A DNA stretch of 64,000 nucleotides from Octopus vulgaris (GCA_951406725.2 OX597832.1:37944001-38008000); one strand, 5' to 3'. Counted from the first letter of the stretch, positions 31,451-47,744 are shown. The notes: a model not told the origin generated them from the letters alone. Program-made: numbers and translations.

Positions 31451-31654
31451 TGTATATATATACAGACACATACATGGAAGTAAGTTAATATGATTAAATC
31501 TAAGAATTTGGAAACCCTCTCTACCCATCAAAGTACAACCACAACTGTCTTCTGAGTGCTTATACGCTCTTCTGGTCACCTACACACGTACGCACATATA
31601 AACATATACAAATACATATATACATACATTTATAATGTATGTCTGTGTTTGTTT

Positions 31655-31714
31655 ATATATATATATATATATATACAAGTATATACATATATATGCACAC
31701 TCATATATATATAA

Positions 31715-31746
<32 letters not shown>

Positions 31747-31786
31747 ACAAGTATATACATATATATGCACACTCATATATATATAA

Positions 31787-31818
<32 letters not shown>

Positions 31819-31870
31819 ACAAGTATATACATATATATGCACACTCATATATATATAAATATATGTATGT
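31655..31870. repeat. Three ~70-bp tandem units built from TA microsatellite
   Basis: ACAAGTATATACATATATATGCACACTCATATATATATAAATATATGTAT repeated three times. Confidence 0.8.
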
Positions 31871-31883
31871 GTATATATATATG

Positions 31884-31933
<50 letters not shown>

Positions 31934-32378
31934 TACACAATGCATATGTGTGAGAGCTTTTTTAATACATATCTGTCTACATATGCGGGTATGCATATAT
32001 TCGTACAGAGCACTTATATACTTACATAAATAGAAATATATACGCATCCATATCTACACTCACGTACAAACATATACATACTAATATTCATACTTCTTAT
32101 TTACTTTTTCGATCGCCGTGTCTTCGTAAATTCCTCAATAACTCTTTTTTTTGGATTCCTCGACATTCTAGGACTCACCTATATGAAATCTGAGATATTT
32201 GGTAAACGGAATTTATGCAAGAACGGTCTGTGTATGTACATATATATACATATATATGTATGTATGTATACACACATATATATGTGTATGACAGATATAT
32301 ATATATATAGATATATATAGATCTATATATACAGATTTGTGTGTGTGAATATATATATATAGAGATTTGTGTGAGTGC

Positions 32379-32434
<56 letters not shown>

Positions 32435-33009
32435 CGATATCTATACATATATATATTAACATTATTATTATTATATGATTGAACGCCACGTATCCATTTC
32501 CAAATATATACATTGACAATAATAAATGACCGGATTTGTATGGGGTCCTCTAAACCCTACCCTTGTATAACATTATTTTGGGATGTTTAATATCTGTATG
32601 TGCTGTAGAATTGCTGACTGAGAAAATATAGGATATATTCTGTATTATATACGCTGAGCATGTGATGGTGTGAATAAACTGTTATCAACCCGCGATAACG
32701 GCGCACTGCTAAAACCTAAGAAAACAAGAATATATTTACACACAGACATACATCTGTATATTTTATATATATATATATATATTCGTATACAGAAATACTC
32801 ATATAGAACAATAATTCGAGTACTTCGAAACACACTTCAGAAAACTATAAAATATATATTGAAAACGTTTGTGTGTATTTTCAGCATTTAGTAATGTGTG
32901 TATGTATGTAAGTATCTGTGCATGTATGTGTGTATATATGTATGCATGTATGTGTGTGTATATATGTGTGTATTTATGTATGCATGCATATATGTATGTA
33001 TCTATATGC

Positions 33010-33042
<33 letters not shown>

Positions 33043-33098
33043 TATATATACAAACATCCATGAAGGATTATTAATACGCGTTTCATATATACATATAC

Positions 33099-33130
<32 letters not shown>

Positions 33131-33266
33131 GTATGTATGTATGTACGTCTATATATATATGTATATACAAATATATACATATATATGTATAGATATACAT
33201 AAACATAAATACATATATGTCTATATATGTATATACATATATATACATGTATTTATATATATAAAA

Positions 33267-33316
<50 letters not shown>

Positions 33317-34036
33317 GTACATATACACGTATCAATATATATATATGCATATATATAAATGTGTGTGGCAAACATTTAAATATGTAAGATTAGATGAGTC
33401 AACATTAAGAAATCTACACAAAGTTTTCACAAATGATAGAATTTCTTCTATAAACACTGCACTTGCAAAGTATAGGTTTTCGTTGCCCCAGATATATTTA
33501 TGTATGAGCGCAAATGCATGTTTAACATCTACAGGCCTACATACATACATGCATATATGTGTGTGTATATGTATAGATGTATATAGATATGTGTATATGG
33601 GTGTATATTGTCAATCCGGTTGTTGGAACAGTTGTGGATCCTTATCTTGTTTTGTCATTTCAACTAGTTTTAAATTATTTATTTTGCCCTGACTTCTACA
33701 CCGAGTCCCCGGTGCATATTTTTGGATATTAACCAGTGCAAAACGTTACAGTTGAAATACACATATATATAGATCTAGATATCAGTATACATATATATAC
33801 GTGTGTGAGTGCATATATATGTATGTGTGTGTGTGTTGCTGTATTTTTCATAAATTGTAAACGCATAATAGATATGCATTTATATGTGTGTCAGAAAAAG
33901 TTCGTTATGAATATATTTCCTGTGAATAATATCTTTCGAAATTACTGCTCATGACTGGAATCTGTAGACACACAGAAACACATATGAACACTCACCCTCG
34001 CACACAAATGTATATATATGTATATATATACCTACA

Positions 34037-34092
<56 letters not shown>

Positions 34093-34297
34093 CATCTTTC
34101 TAGCTATATATATATATACATATGTATATATATATGTATGTATATATACGTATATATGCATACATACATATATATATACATATGTATATATATATATATA
34201 TATATATACTTATACATACACGTATACATGCATAGAAACACCCCACTAGATATGTACCTACAACGAGTTATTCACGAAAGAATTCGGGAGAAATACG

Positions 34298-34328
<31 letters not shown>

Positions 34329-34961
34329 AAAAAAAAAAAAAAACACACAAGTATATCGTCAATGAGTGTGTAACATGTAGGATAGTGGTGGAATCGGAGA
34401 ATATTTCTCGTATGTCTGTTAATAATGGTGGAACCAGATATACCCCACACAGAAGGTCAAGGAACGTACCGAAAATTGTATGAATAATGTACATAAGTGT
34501 GTGTTTGATTATATATTTATGTTATATGTTTGTATATATGTATGTATGTATATATATATATATCATCATATATATGTATACACACTCACATATATATATA
34601 TATTTGTATGTATATATATATATATCATTATATATATGTATACACACACACACATATATATACATATATATCATCATATATATGTATACACACTCACACA
34701 CACACATATATATATATATTTGTATGTATATATATATAAATATTCAGCAGGAAGAAATAAGAATATCGACTGGTTAAATCGTAATGAATGTTATTTAGAA
34801 TTATTTATAGTTTTGCAAATATTATACACACACACACTCACATACTTGTGGATATATAATTAAAATGTAGTAATAACTACAGATACCCATGAACAGCCAT
34901 ATATTCATGTATCATGAATTAAATGAGTGGATATATATATATATATATATATATAAATGTT

Positions 34962-34994
<33 letters not shown>

Positions 34995-35556
34995 GTGCAT
35001 ATATACTTGTATATATATATGTGCATATATACATGTATGTATACATATATATATACACAAACATAAATTATGCAGGTATGTAATTAGTGAATGTATAGCA
35101 TCGAGGTAGAATCAAAGGAATGCTGTATGACAAAGATGACGTTCAGCGTGATTCAACACAGTTTCCTAATTTAATGCATAAGTCTTGGTTCCAACCGAGG
35201 TAGTACTAAACAAAATTCTTGACCTGACCACTAACTCATATCAATCACTGCGCCTATATATGCATATATACATGCATGCATACATATCTAATCATATATT
35301 CATGCACACACATATGTATATATATGTAAACATACTAACATATACGTCCATCTATCAGTAAATATATGCGTATGTATATATGTGTGTATAAATGTGTTTA
35401 TATATATATATATATGTTTGTATGTATGTATATACACGCACATATGCTAGCTAGTATAGAGCGACGTATACCACGGGTCAACTGGAGACTACGCCATTTC
35501 CTAGAATATATATATATTTTCGTAATAGCAAGGAGTTTTACGGAGACCTAACTCCA

Positions 35557-35606
<50 letters not shown>

Positions 35607-36316
35607 AAATTTAGAGGACTGACCACTTATTTTTAAAATATGCTAGGCCACTGGTTTTAATTGATTAATATCAATATCTACCCTTATTTAATTATATATA
35701 TATAATGTATACACATACATAAACAGCGATGTATGTGTATATTTTGTTCTGTTTCTATATTCCACAGTAAACGGATGTAGAGGCAATAATATAATAACAA
35801 AATCTCCCTTAATAAATCGAATACAGCAACAAGATTACCGATCTCTAACTATAACAGTCAATTACTTTTAAATACGCTGATATTTTGTAGGGTTTGAGAT
35901 TAATACAAGATAAAACAGTGTGACTGCACTGACGAATAGGTGGCAAGTCGTGGGAACTAAATTCGTTCGCATGAAATACTGGATAAGCCTTTCATTACTT
36001 GTCCTGCTATTTCTGGCAGACTTTTGCCAAAATTTCCAAGAGTCAAAACTGTTCAGAGATATAACTCTACATTATTTATATACAAGTACACACATATGCA
36101 CATTTACATACATATATTATACATATGTGTATATGTTATATATGTGTGTGTATGTATAATATATACGTATGTACAGTTACAGTTATTTAAACATATATAC
36201 ATCTACTCACATACACATACATATATATATATATATACATGTTTGTATTCTCCAAGTATTTAGATTTTGTCCATGGTATGTTTAAGTGAGTATACATACG
36301 TAGCTATATATGTACA

Positions 36317-36420
36317 TAAAATTATAATTTAGGGTATCTGAGAGATACCACCACGCTGTAAGTTTTGACTGGTATTTCCAGCGTGGTGGTATCTCTTAGA
36401 TACCCTAAATTATAATTTTA
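36317..36420. repeat. Near-perfect hairpin, 42-bp arms, 20-nt loop
   Basis: 36317-36358 versus 36379-36420, one mismatch. Confidence 0.92.
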
Positions 36421-36477
36421 ATAATAATTATTACCTTTGAAGGTTTTTATTCCCATGTTGGCCACCTGATAAGATCG

Positions 36478-36657
36478 ATATTTAAATAACGATCTTATCC
36501 TTATATAAATTTATGTATGTACATATGTATATGTAAACATATAGGTACGTATGTAAATAAATATGTAATATTTAAATAACGATCTTATCCTTATATAAAT
36601 TTATGTATGTACATATGTATATGTAAACATATAGGTACGTATGTAAATAAATATGTA
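36478..36657. repeat. Perfect 90-bp tandem duplication
   Basis: 36478-36567 equals 36568-36657. Confidence 0.9.
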
Positions 36658-36877
36658 TACATATACAAATATCCACATCTATCTATCTATCTACACACAC
36701 ACACACATATATATATATATACATTTATAAAGATACATACATAAATCTTAATATACATTTACGTACGTGTATATATGTTTAAAAATTAATCATGCGAATA
36801 TAAACTATAATTGTTAAAAGCCGAGAATGTTTATATATATAACGCTGGATGTTTTAAATTTTAGGTGCGTCATTTAT

Positions 36878-36912
<35 letters not shown>

Positions 36913-37374
36913 CATACATATATTATATAGATAAGTAGGTAGATAGATAGGTAGATAGATAGATATACATATATACGTATATACATATATATTATGATCG
37001 CATTCTATGTAATATTAATGTATGACTATCTTCTAATGTTGTCTTATCTTTATTATTATTATTGTTGTTGTTGTTGTTGTTGTTATTATTATTATTATTC
37101 ATCGGTCTGCAATTTCATTGTAATTTAGTAGGGTTGCGATGTTTATACTTGTTGTTGTTGTTGTTGTATACTGCGCTGACGGTGTGACAGGAAATTCCAA
37201 AATAATAAACAGTATATAATACACTCTATATAGGTGTGTGTGTTGAATCGGCTGTTGGTTTTGGGTCGAGATAACAAGACGTGTCTGTTATCTCTCTAAA
37301 TATACAAATAATCTCACACACACACACACACAAATACCAGACACACATCTATGTAGACATAAGCCTCTATCTGC

Positions 37375-37443
<69 letters not shown>

Positions 37444-37643
37444 CTGTTCTATATATCTGTTGAGAAGTCATTTATTAGATTTAGTACTATTTCTTTACTA
37501 TATATATATATTGTTGCTGTTGTTGTTGTTCTTATGGGTGCTAGTATTTTTCATGATTAACGTTGGTATTTTGGTAAAAATTGGTACAACTCTTACACGT
37601 TTATAACCCAGCTCGTACGATTTATACGTTCCTACATACATGC

Positions 37644-37678
<35 letters not shown>

Positions 37679-37711
37679 AATATATACACTTATATACATA
37701 TACCTATACAG

Positions 37712-37749
<38 letters not shown>

Positions 37750-38237
37750 TACACACATACACACATATATATATATATATATATATATTACACACATACA
37801 TATATATATATATATTAACACACGTATATGTATATATATATTTACACACGTATATATGCATATAGATATATATATTTACACACGTATCTATACATTATAT
37901 ATATTTACATTACATTATATATATATACATATATTACACACGTTTATATATACATATATTACACACGTTTATATACTATATATTTATATACATATTTACA
38001 CACACACACACAGTACGAAAATACGAGATTGTATATATGTTTCTGTGTCTACACGTATAAAGGAAGTGAATTTCTCTTAGAAAGCTACGTAGGTATTGAG
38101 TGTTGTACGTATGAAACCTTCACCCTGTACGTTGTACATTCTGGTCTATATACATACATGAATGCGTTTTTGGGGGATTTATGTAAAACAGCGAAATGGG
38201 GTGAAAAGCAAAATGTTGTGTAAAATCCACTACAAAC

Positions 38238-39291
38238 CTGTATGAGTCCTTTTGTGAATCTTTAGATTCTCACTCCGTGCAAAAACTTTCCCACAACCTG
38301 GAAATGGACAAGGAAATGGTTTCTCTCCGGTATGTACCCGTATGTGGTTGACCAGCTTGTACTTAGCTTTGAATGGTCGCCCGTCCCGGGTACAGTTCTG
38401 CCAGTAACAAGAGTGGTTCGTTTGCTCCGGTCCCCCTACGTGTTCCACTGTGATGTGTGCCACGATTTCGTGCATTGATGGAAATGTTTTGTTACAAGGT
38501 TTCTTCGGTTCCGGTTGGTCAGTCTCCACCCACATGCAAGTATGTTCCTGTTTAATGGGGTGCCGCATATAACGAAAGAAGGCACCCGGCGCATGTGGTC
38601 CCATGTTCATGTGGTTCATAGCATTCATGGGTCCCATGTTTAGATGTTGTGAGGCAGCAGCTGCGGCAAAGTGGTCAGTTCGGGGACTGGTCATTTGGTT
38701 AAATTGGTCCGCTCGTGAGTACATATCCGGTCCGGAAATGCTGAGTCGCATTTGACTGTTGACATGGTGTCCGGCCCCCGGGTGGTGATGTGACGGTTCG
38801 TGTAGACCCGGGAATAAAACATGACTAGAAGATGGATCCGGATGGTGAGGTCCGTGTAGACCGGCCGACGACGGTACGAACATACCGTGGTGCGATGTGG
38901 CATTGCCGTCATGGGTCGCCAACCCCATGTGGTCACGGCGAAGTAGGAAGTCTCGAGCCGCGTACGTTCCGACATGATGTGAGTGTGAATGTGGAACTCC
39001 GTATCCGTTCGGTTGGGTTCCAAACTGATGACTCGCTTGATTATGTACCGAACTAGCAGTGTCACTCATAGGATGTGGTGGACTTAACTTGAGCGCTCCC
39101 GGCGGGATATGTGGCCCGTGTGAAGTGTCCATGAATGGGTTTAACATTTTCCTCTGCCCGCTTGTAAAATGCTTGTGAGTTGTAGGTGGTAAAGTTAATC
39201 CATGAACACCGTTAAGGTGTTGAGGTGTATGGGAGGAAGAGACGTCAACTAACCTCAGCGCCGAACTGCCTTTGGTTAAAGAGTGTTCCAT
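38238..39291 (-). CDS. Zic: Zic (zinc finger of the cerebellum / odd-paired) transcription factor, first coding exon: N-terminus, ZOC, ZF-NC, ZF1-ZF3; gene continues after an intron
   Basis: ORF 38230-39291 contains [11 protein letters not shown] (ZOC) and [19 protein letters not shown] (ZF-NC), then the ZF1-3 sequence ending [46 protein letters not shown], which is diagnostic for Zic. A GT donor (CAT ACA G|GTTTGT) lies at 38237, the conserved bilaterian Zic intron position between ZF3 and ZF4. The last residues of the ORF (L*) are intronic. Confidence 0.97.
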
Positions 39292-39570
39292 AATCTTTCG
39301 CTGATGAAGGCTCTGTCACAATCACCCCAGTTGGTCTAAACTGCAAACAAAAGTTCGAGTCAAGCTAGAGGGAGCGAAAGTGTTCCAGCGCAGCGTCCAA
39401 ACACTGCGCTTGTTAGAAAAGCAGCGGGAGGGCTGCGAGAGAGAGGCGTGGTTTACGCGACCTCTCATTGGTCTGAACTGCTCGTTATGGGAACAACCAC
39501 TACAGCGACTCTGCCGTCAACTGCGACACCCACGTCACTGCGCATGCGTATGAGGGCGTGCCTTACATTC
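39292..39570 (-). promoter_or_regulatory. Zic 5'UTR/proximal promoter, CpG-rich
   Basis: Non-repetitive CpG-rich segment directly upstream of the ATG. CCAAT at 39467-39471 (minus strand), CRE/ATF-like TGACGTG at 39531-39537, NRF1-like TGCGCATGCG at 39539-39548, Zic/Opa-like CAGCGGGAGGGC at 39422-39433. TSS not determinable. Confidence 0.6.
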
Positions 39571-39885
39571 TCCAGTGTGGAACCGTTATTCTGGGAGAGA
39601 GAGAACCACATCTGACAAAAACCGGAGACCCGCCTGGTTTATTTACGCTCATGGCTTGTTCATATTTTTGATTATTATTATTATTATTATTATCATTATT
39701 ATTATTGCTATATTTTTTATTTATCAATATTAATATTATTATTATTGTTGTTGATGTTGTTGTTACGGTGTTAATGGTGATGCTAGCACCGTACACACCA
39801 ACTATTCTATTATTCTGCTATTTTCAAAGACAGGAGGAATTAATTCTTTTCCAAAACTGCTGAAAATTCTTCAAAACACGCGCAC

Positions 39886-39927
<42 letters not shown>

Positions 39928-40820
39928 AGAGAAAGCGAAACTATCGAAAGGATTATAATAATGTTGTTATTGACGTTGTTCTAGATGTTGTTATTGTTGT
40001 TGTTGTCGTTGTTATTGTTGTAATTATTTATCTTATTATCGTTGCTGATGTTCATGTTGCTGTAGCTGGGGCTGTTGATGTTATTGTCGCAGCAATCGTT
40101 GTTGTTGTTGTTGTTGCTGCTGCTGTTGTTGAAAATTGTTGGTGTTGTTATCGTTGATGTTAGTTAGACTCCACCGGGTTCGAACCTCGGTCAGGTCATC
40201 CATCACCACCCATTCATTCCGCCAAAGCTCACCGACAACTCTACAAACACACACACAGACACACAAACACTCACGAGTAACACGAGTCTATTCATACCAG
40301 TAATATACTACGGTGAAATCGACTATATACCCCCCTCCCATATCCCCTTCATTCCTCTCCTTATACGTACTTATGTGCTTCTTTCATTATAAATCAGTAG
40401 CAGCTGCGTTGTTATTAATTAATTTAAATATTTTAATTACAGCTAGTCATGATTTCCGATTTAAAATTATTGTTGTGTGTGTGTGAAGAGAGAGAGAAAG
40501 AGTAAGAGAAAGTGGGTTTGTGTTATTATGGGAAGAAGAGAGGCGAAATACAGAGAAAGAGAGGGGGGAGAGAAACGGAGAGAGAGATTATAAGAATGAA
40601 AGAATGGTAAACAGAAGAGGAAGGAGATAAAGGATTAAAGGAATTCCTGTAAATTCTCATCTTACAAACACATTCTCCTTCTCCCGCTTTCTCTTGTCTT
40701 TTTTTTTTTATATATTTGCGTGTTTTTCAGGTATATTTTTTATACGTATAAATAATTAAGGTGTGTGTCTGTGTCTGTGTGTCGTGCATATGAATGCATA
40801 TCCTTTCATTTTTTTTGTTT

Positions 40821-41759
<939 letters not shown>

Positions 41760-42130
41760 CTGTCTATACATACTTATATATATATGCATGTATGTATGTA
41801 TATATATATATATGTATGAATGTATATATATATATATACGTATATATTTCGGATACCAGAATCTCGGATAATAATCACTAATGTATATATATACCTTAGC
41901 AATAGATTAAATTGTCATCGAGGGATTCCAAGATAACTATATACGCATATATGCATATATATATATATATATATGTTTACATATACATGCATTTATATAT
42001 ACATATATATATGTATACATACACAAACATATACACATGTATAATATATATGTGTACATATACATACGTGTAGACATAAAATATATATATACACACATGT
42101 ATACATACATATATATACATATACAAACAC

Positions 42131-42166
<36 letters not shown>

Positions 42167-42388
42167 GTTATACATACACACACACACACACATATATATA
42201 TATACTTACATACACACACTTATATATACAGGAAGGGCAGTGTGAAACTATTAGTTGTATACAAGGGTTCTGATTCAAATCTATGTGTCTGTCTATCCAT
42301 CCATCCATACATACATCTATCTATCTATCTGCCTATCTATCTACGTCGGTGTGGTGTGTGTAAGTGTCTGTCTATCTGTCTATATAAG

Positions 42389-42421
<33 letters not shown>

Positions 42422-43102
42422 ATGTGTGTGCATATATGTACGTATATATATATACTCACACACAGACAAATACATATGCACATATAGAAAGTGTTATTTA
42501 AATGTAAATTAACTAAGTGCTAAAAGCAAACACAGGTAAATATATACAAAAACACAACTTAAACTTTCCTCATAAACCCTGCACACAAACACACAGACAC
42601 ACACACACAAACACGGAAAAAAGTTGTAAATAAATGAAGGCATTTACTAAATGAATTTATATTAAGTAATGAGGTTGATAATAACGTTTAATTATGAAAT
42701 GTAATGATCAGCGATGTTGTCTTGCGGCGAAACATGGTGTTTGATATATACACACGTCTGATGTTAGTGTATACAAAGGAGAAAATATGTAGAACAGGTA
42801 AATTGCTTACATACATATATATATATATATATGTGTGTGTGTGTTCATACATAAATACACACACATACTTATATAATCCAGGCTTTAGCACATACAGACA
42901 CGCATATGTATGTGTATATGTATGTATACATGGATATATGTAAGTATGTATGTATATATATATACGTATGCGTATGTATATATGTATGTGCATATATGTT
43001 CATATATATATATATATATGTGTATATATAAATATATATATATATATGTGTGTGTGTATATTATATATATATATAAATATATATATATATGTGTGTGTAT
43101 AT

Positions 43103-43176
<74 letters not shown>

Positions 43177-44869
43177 CATATATGTTCATATATATATATA
43201 TGTGTATATATAAATATATATATATGTGTGTGTATATTATATATATATATATATATATATACGTATGTGTATGTATGTATGTGCATATATGTTCATATAT
43301 ATATATATGAATGTGTGTGTATATGTATATATATGTAGGTATATATGCACATACACACACTGGCATTTTATACCAACATACAAAGAGTAACGCATACGCA
43401 TACACAAATATTCGAATATGTGTGCATCCACACACACACACATACTTATCATCCGACAACTCTATTATATTAACCATCTGATTGTGTTGTAATTTGATAT
43501 AGTAACAAGTTTATCCAATACTCTTCTTACAGACTTGGCATGAAAATATTTTTTCGTTGTATTATGTCGTATTTATCATTATATTATCGGAATTAAACGT
43601 GTATGAATCTGCAAATACATACATACATACATACATACATACATACATACATACACACACATATATATATATATATATACAAAACATATATATATAATAC
43701 AAAACATATATCTATATATGTTTATTTGTGCAAAAATATACATGTAGAAATGTATGGACATGTGTTTATACATAAATATGTACAAATATGTATATATAAA
43801 TATGTATGAGTAACATTTGTGTTTGTGGGAGTATAAGTACATTTATATAAAGTTTTATATATATATGTAAAATAGACACACAGGTATATCATATTTTCCG
43901 TTTGTTCTCTTTTTATTTAATCCTGAATATATATATATAATTATACATACATACATATGCATGCTTTTGGCCACTTTATTTTGAATAAAATCACTTCGTT
44001 CGATACCAGTGTTTCAAATTTCATAATTCTCTACAGATGCAAATCTTAAACTTTAGTTTTATGTGTGACAATGTGCGCGCACTTCTATATATGCATGTTT
44101 GTATATATTATGCATGTATATTATATATGTGTATATATATGTGTGTGTGTGTCTATATATATATATATAGACACACACATACCTGGTTTCAGTTTGCGCG
44201 CTGCGGCCATGCTGGGGCAACGTCGTTAGTTTTGTTACACCTATTTGAAACCTCGTCTGATATGCGTGTGACATTTAACGAACGAGGGAGTTTCATGCGG
44301 TTGCCCACATCTGCGTCTCCTGTTCAGGTGCAATCCTTGACGAGAAGGTTCAATTTTATTTTGAAGAGACCTACAGTCACATTAATGCAAGCTCCTCAGG
44401 CGTTTCGGGGAAAGGCTTTTGGTCCTTGAAATCCAAGCTGTTGCTGTATATGTTGGGATCTTTGGCACTATGCAGTGGTATATGTATGTATGTATATATA
44501 TATATGTGTGTGTGTGTGTATGTGTGTAAATATCAGGAGTATAGAGATTTATTAATTTATTATTTCTTATGCAGCCTTTATAAGGATATTTGGATTTACC
44601 AAATTGAGGATTAACCGAGTATAGTAAATTTAATTAACTGGATCTCATCTACATTCACTGACATCAGCCAGCATTTGTTAACCGATTAGAGTGAGCACAG
44701 TACCCGCTAGGATTATCTATTTATCTATCTATCCATCCATCTATCTATGTGTATATATATACATATATATATATGTGTGTGTGTGTATATATATATATAT
44801 GCATATATATCTTCATGACCACGTGGGCGATGAGATGGCCGGGTGTTGTTATTCATCGCCGGTCACAGT

Positions 44870-45052
44870 GCGCTTTGCATACTTTTAACCTTCGAATGGC
44901 TAGGCGAGCGGGCTAATATTTCTGTCTGATCGAAAGGGATCTGGAGTAACGTGAAATGAAGTGTCTTGCTCAAGAACACAACGCGCTGATTGCTCTGGGA
45001 ATCGAATCCGCGACCAGTGATCATGAGTCCAACACCGTAACCACTAGGCTCT
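44870..45052 (-). mobile_element. tRNA-derived SINE (family C)
   Basis: Minus strand GCCTAGTGGTTACGGTGTTGGACTCATGATC..GGATTCGATTCC (A/B boxes), then GTTGTGTTCTTGAGCAAGACACTTCATTTCAC. Confidence 0.7.
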
Positions 45053-45521
45053 CCGCGCCTTCATATCTGTGTACATGTACATAGATGCGTATGGCTGTGT
45101 ATGCAATTTTGTGCGCGCATGTGTGTGTGTATATATATATATATATATGTATATGTAAAAAAATACAAACTAGGACAAGAACGCAAAACATTTAGAAGAC
45201 GATACAAAAAACACGGACGGGACATTCGAAGCCTTCAATCTTCAGTCAAGAACCGGATCATTCTCGCAATTTCGGCTGATTAATCTTGTATATATGTATA
45301 CATATGCACACAAACTCGTACATACGCCTCATTGACAGTCTTATAATCAATAGAATATTTGAGACGTGAGTGAATCAATTTCGCATTATTTACAAACTTT
45401 GGGACATAGATATATTCTCGTATCTTCCTGTCCATCGAAAATTATAATAAAAAGTATGTATTGAAATCTATTATTTTGTTTGACGTACCACACCTACGCA
45501 CGCGTGTGTGTGTTTGTGTGT

Positions 45522-46040
<519 letters not shown>

Positions 46041-46820
46041 AAAAGTAAATATATATACTATTCCCGGGATTGGACGGCAGCAGATGATACTTGTAGAGGC
46101 TGGAACAGATACACCAGAGAATATTGCGCCGAAAACCTCGAAATTGTGGTATGCCTAGCAAGTAAATATTGTTAAAGTATGCTGGGACATTGCTATGTTG
46201 TCAGATCCCAGATGATCCTAGACCATGGTAGGAAGTTAAGAAGTCTGCAGTCTCAAAAATCTCTCAACTACCGTTAATTGACTAAAAAAAAAAAATCGGG
46301 CGATAGTCAAAGTAACTTTTATGGGAAAGCCAGAATATGACAGAAAATACTCGGATTGAAAGTAAACAATATGCATACATATGCACGCTAACACTCATTC
46401 ATGTATATATAGTTCTTTTCTACTCTACGCACAAGGCCCGAAATTTTTGGAGAGGGTTAGGAGACAGTCGCTTAGACTGAACGCAGTGTGCAAATGGTTC
46501 TTAATTTATCAAATCCCGAAATTATGAAAGACGCAGTCGACTCCGGCGGAATTTGAGAGAATAAGTACCAAACTTACAAAGAATAAATCCTGGGGTCGAT
46601 TTGTTCGGGTAAAAGGCGATGCTCCAGCATGGCCGCAGTCAAACGACTGAAACAAGTAAAAGAATTTTAAAAATTGCAAGTACTTGCTTTCGTTTTCTGT
46701 ACCTCTGAGCCGTTCCTTCACCACGTGACTACCGCTATGGGCCCGAAAGATACTATGTCTTGTACGAAATTTAGGTTGAGGGAAATTGCGTGGACAACTG
46801 AGATTCAACACTATATGGGA

Positions 46821-46935
46821 CTCTGGGTAAGGAGCTTGCTTCCCAACCACATGGTTCCGGGTTCGGTCTCACTATAACCTCGGGCCGACCAAAGCCTTGT
46901 GAGCCTTTGGTAGACGGAAACTGAAAGAGGCCCGT

Positions 46936-46983
<48 letters not shown>

Positions 46984-47194
46984 TATATGTGGGTGTGTCT
47001 GTGTTTGTCACCTACCATCGTCGCTTGGCAACCGGTGTTAGTGCGTTTGCATCTCCATAACTTTGACTGAAGGAACCGATAGAAGAAGTACCATTCTTTA
47101 AAAAAAAATCATTAATAAAGTCGATTCATTCGAGTAAAAATTCAGGGCGGAGCTCGAGCATGGCTTCAGTCTAATGACTGACACAGCTATAAGA

Positions 47195-47195
<1 letters not shown>
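46821..47195 (+). mobile_element. SINE family B
   Basis: GCTTCCCAACCACATGGTTCCGGGTTC..GTAGACGGAAACTGAAAGA..GCATGGCTTCAGTCTAATGACTGA. Confidence 0.8.
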
Positions 47196-47268
<73 letters not shown>

Positions 47269-47269
47269 C

Positions 47270-47321
<52 letters not shown>

Positions 47322-47538
47322 GTATATAGATGTGTGTTATATATATATATACATGTACAGTCAATCAGATCAAAATATATTGAAATAATTCAGTATATAC
47401 ATCCAAATACATGTGTGCATATCATAGATATCTATAAATGCTTAACACACACATATATATATATAAACAACCAAATGCCCATATATATACACGTCCAAAT
47501 ACCTACACATCTGTGCATATATATATATATATATATAT

Positions 47539-47744
47539 GTGACCTCGTGAGTACCGCTGGCGATTTTTTTCCTCTGTCTTCCCTTCTCTGGATCTTTCCT
47601 TCTCCTATGTTTCCGACGAAGAGCTCAGCTCGAAACGTTAAACCCTCCTTCTTCCCTTCTTTCCTGAGCGTCCAATAATACTTTATTTGTTCCACGTCCT
47701 CGCGTTGTTGTGTTTTTTTGGTTTTTTCTTGTTTGGATTAACTT
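47539..47744 (+). mobile_element. PLE pLTR remnant with hammerhead motif at 47609-47643
   Basis: GTTT-CCGACGA-A-GAGC(TCA)GCTC-GAAAC-GTT-AAAC; (TA)n flanks. A related copy starts on the minus strand at 63915-64000. Confidence 0.7.

Noticed and set aside
38691-39065. Alternative-frame and antisense ORFs overlapping the Zic exon
   Set aside because: By-products of GC-rich coding sequence.
39301-39320. CTGATGAAGG next to the Zic ATG as a hammerhead core
   Set aside because: No stem II or GAAA partner; it is antisense to Zic.
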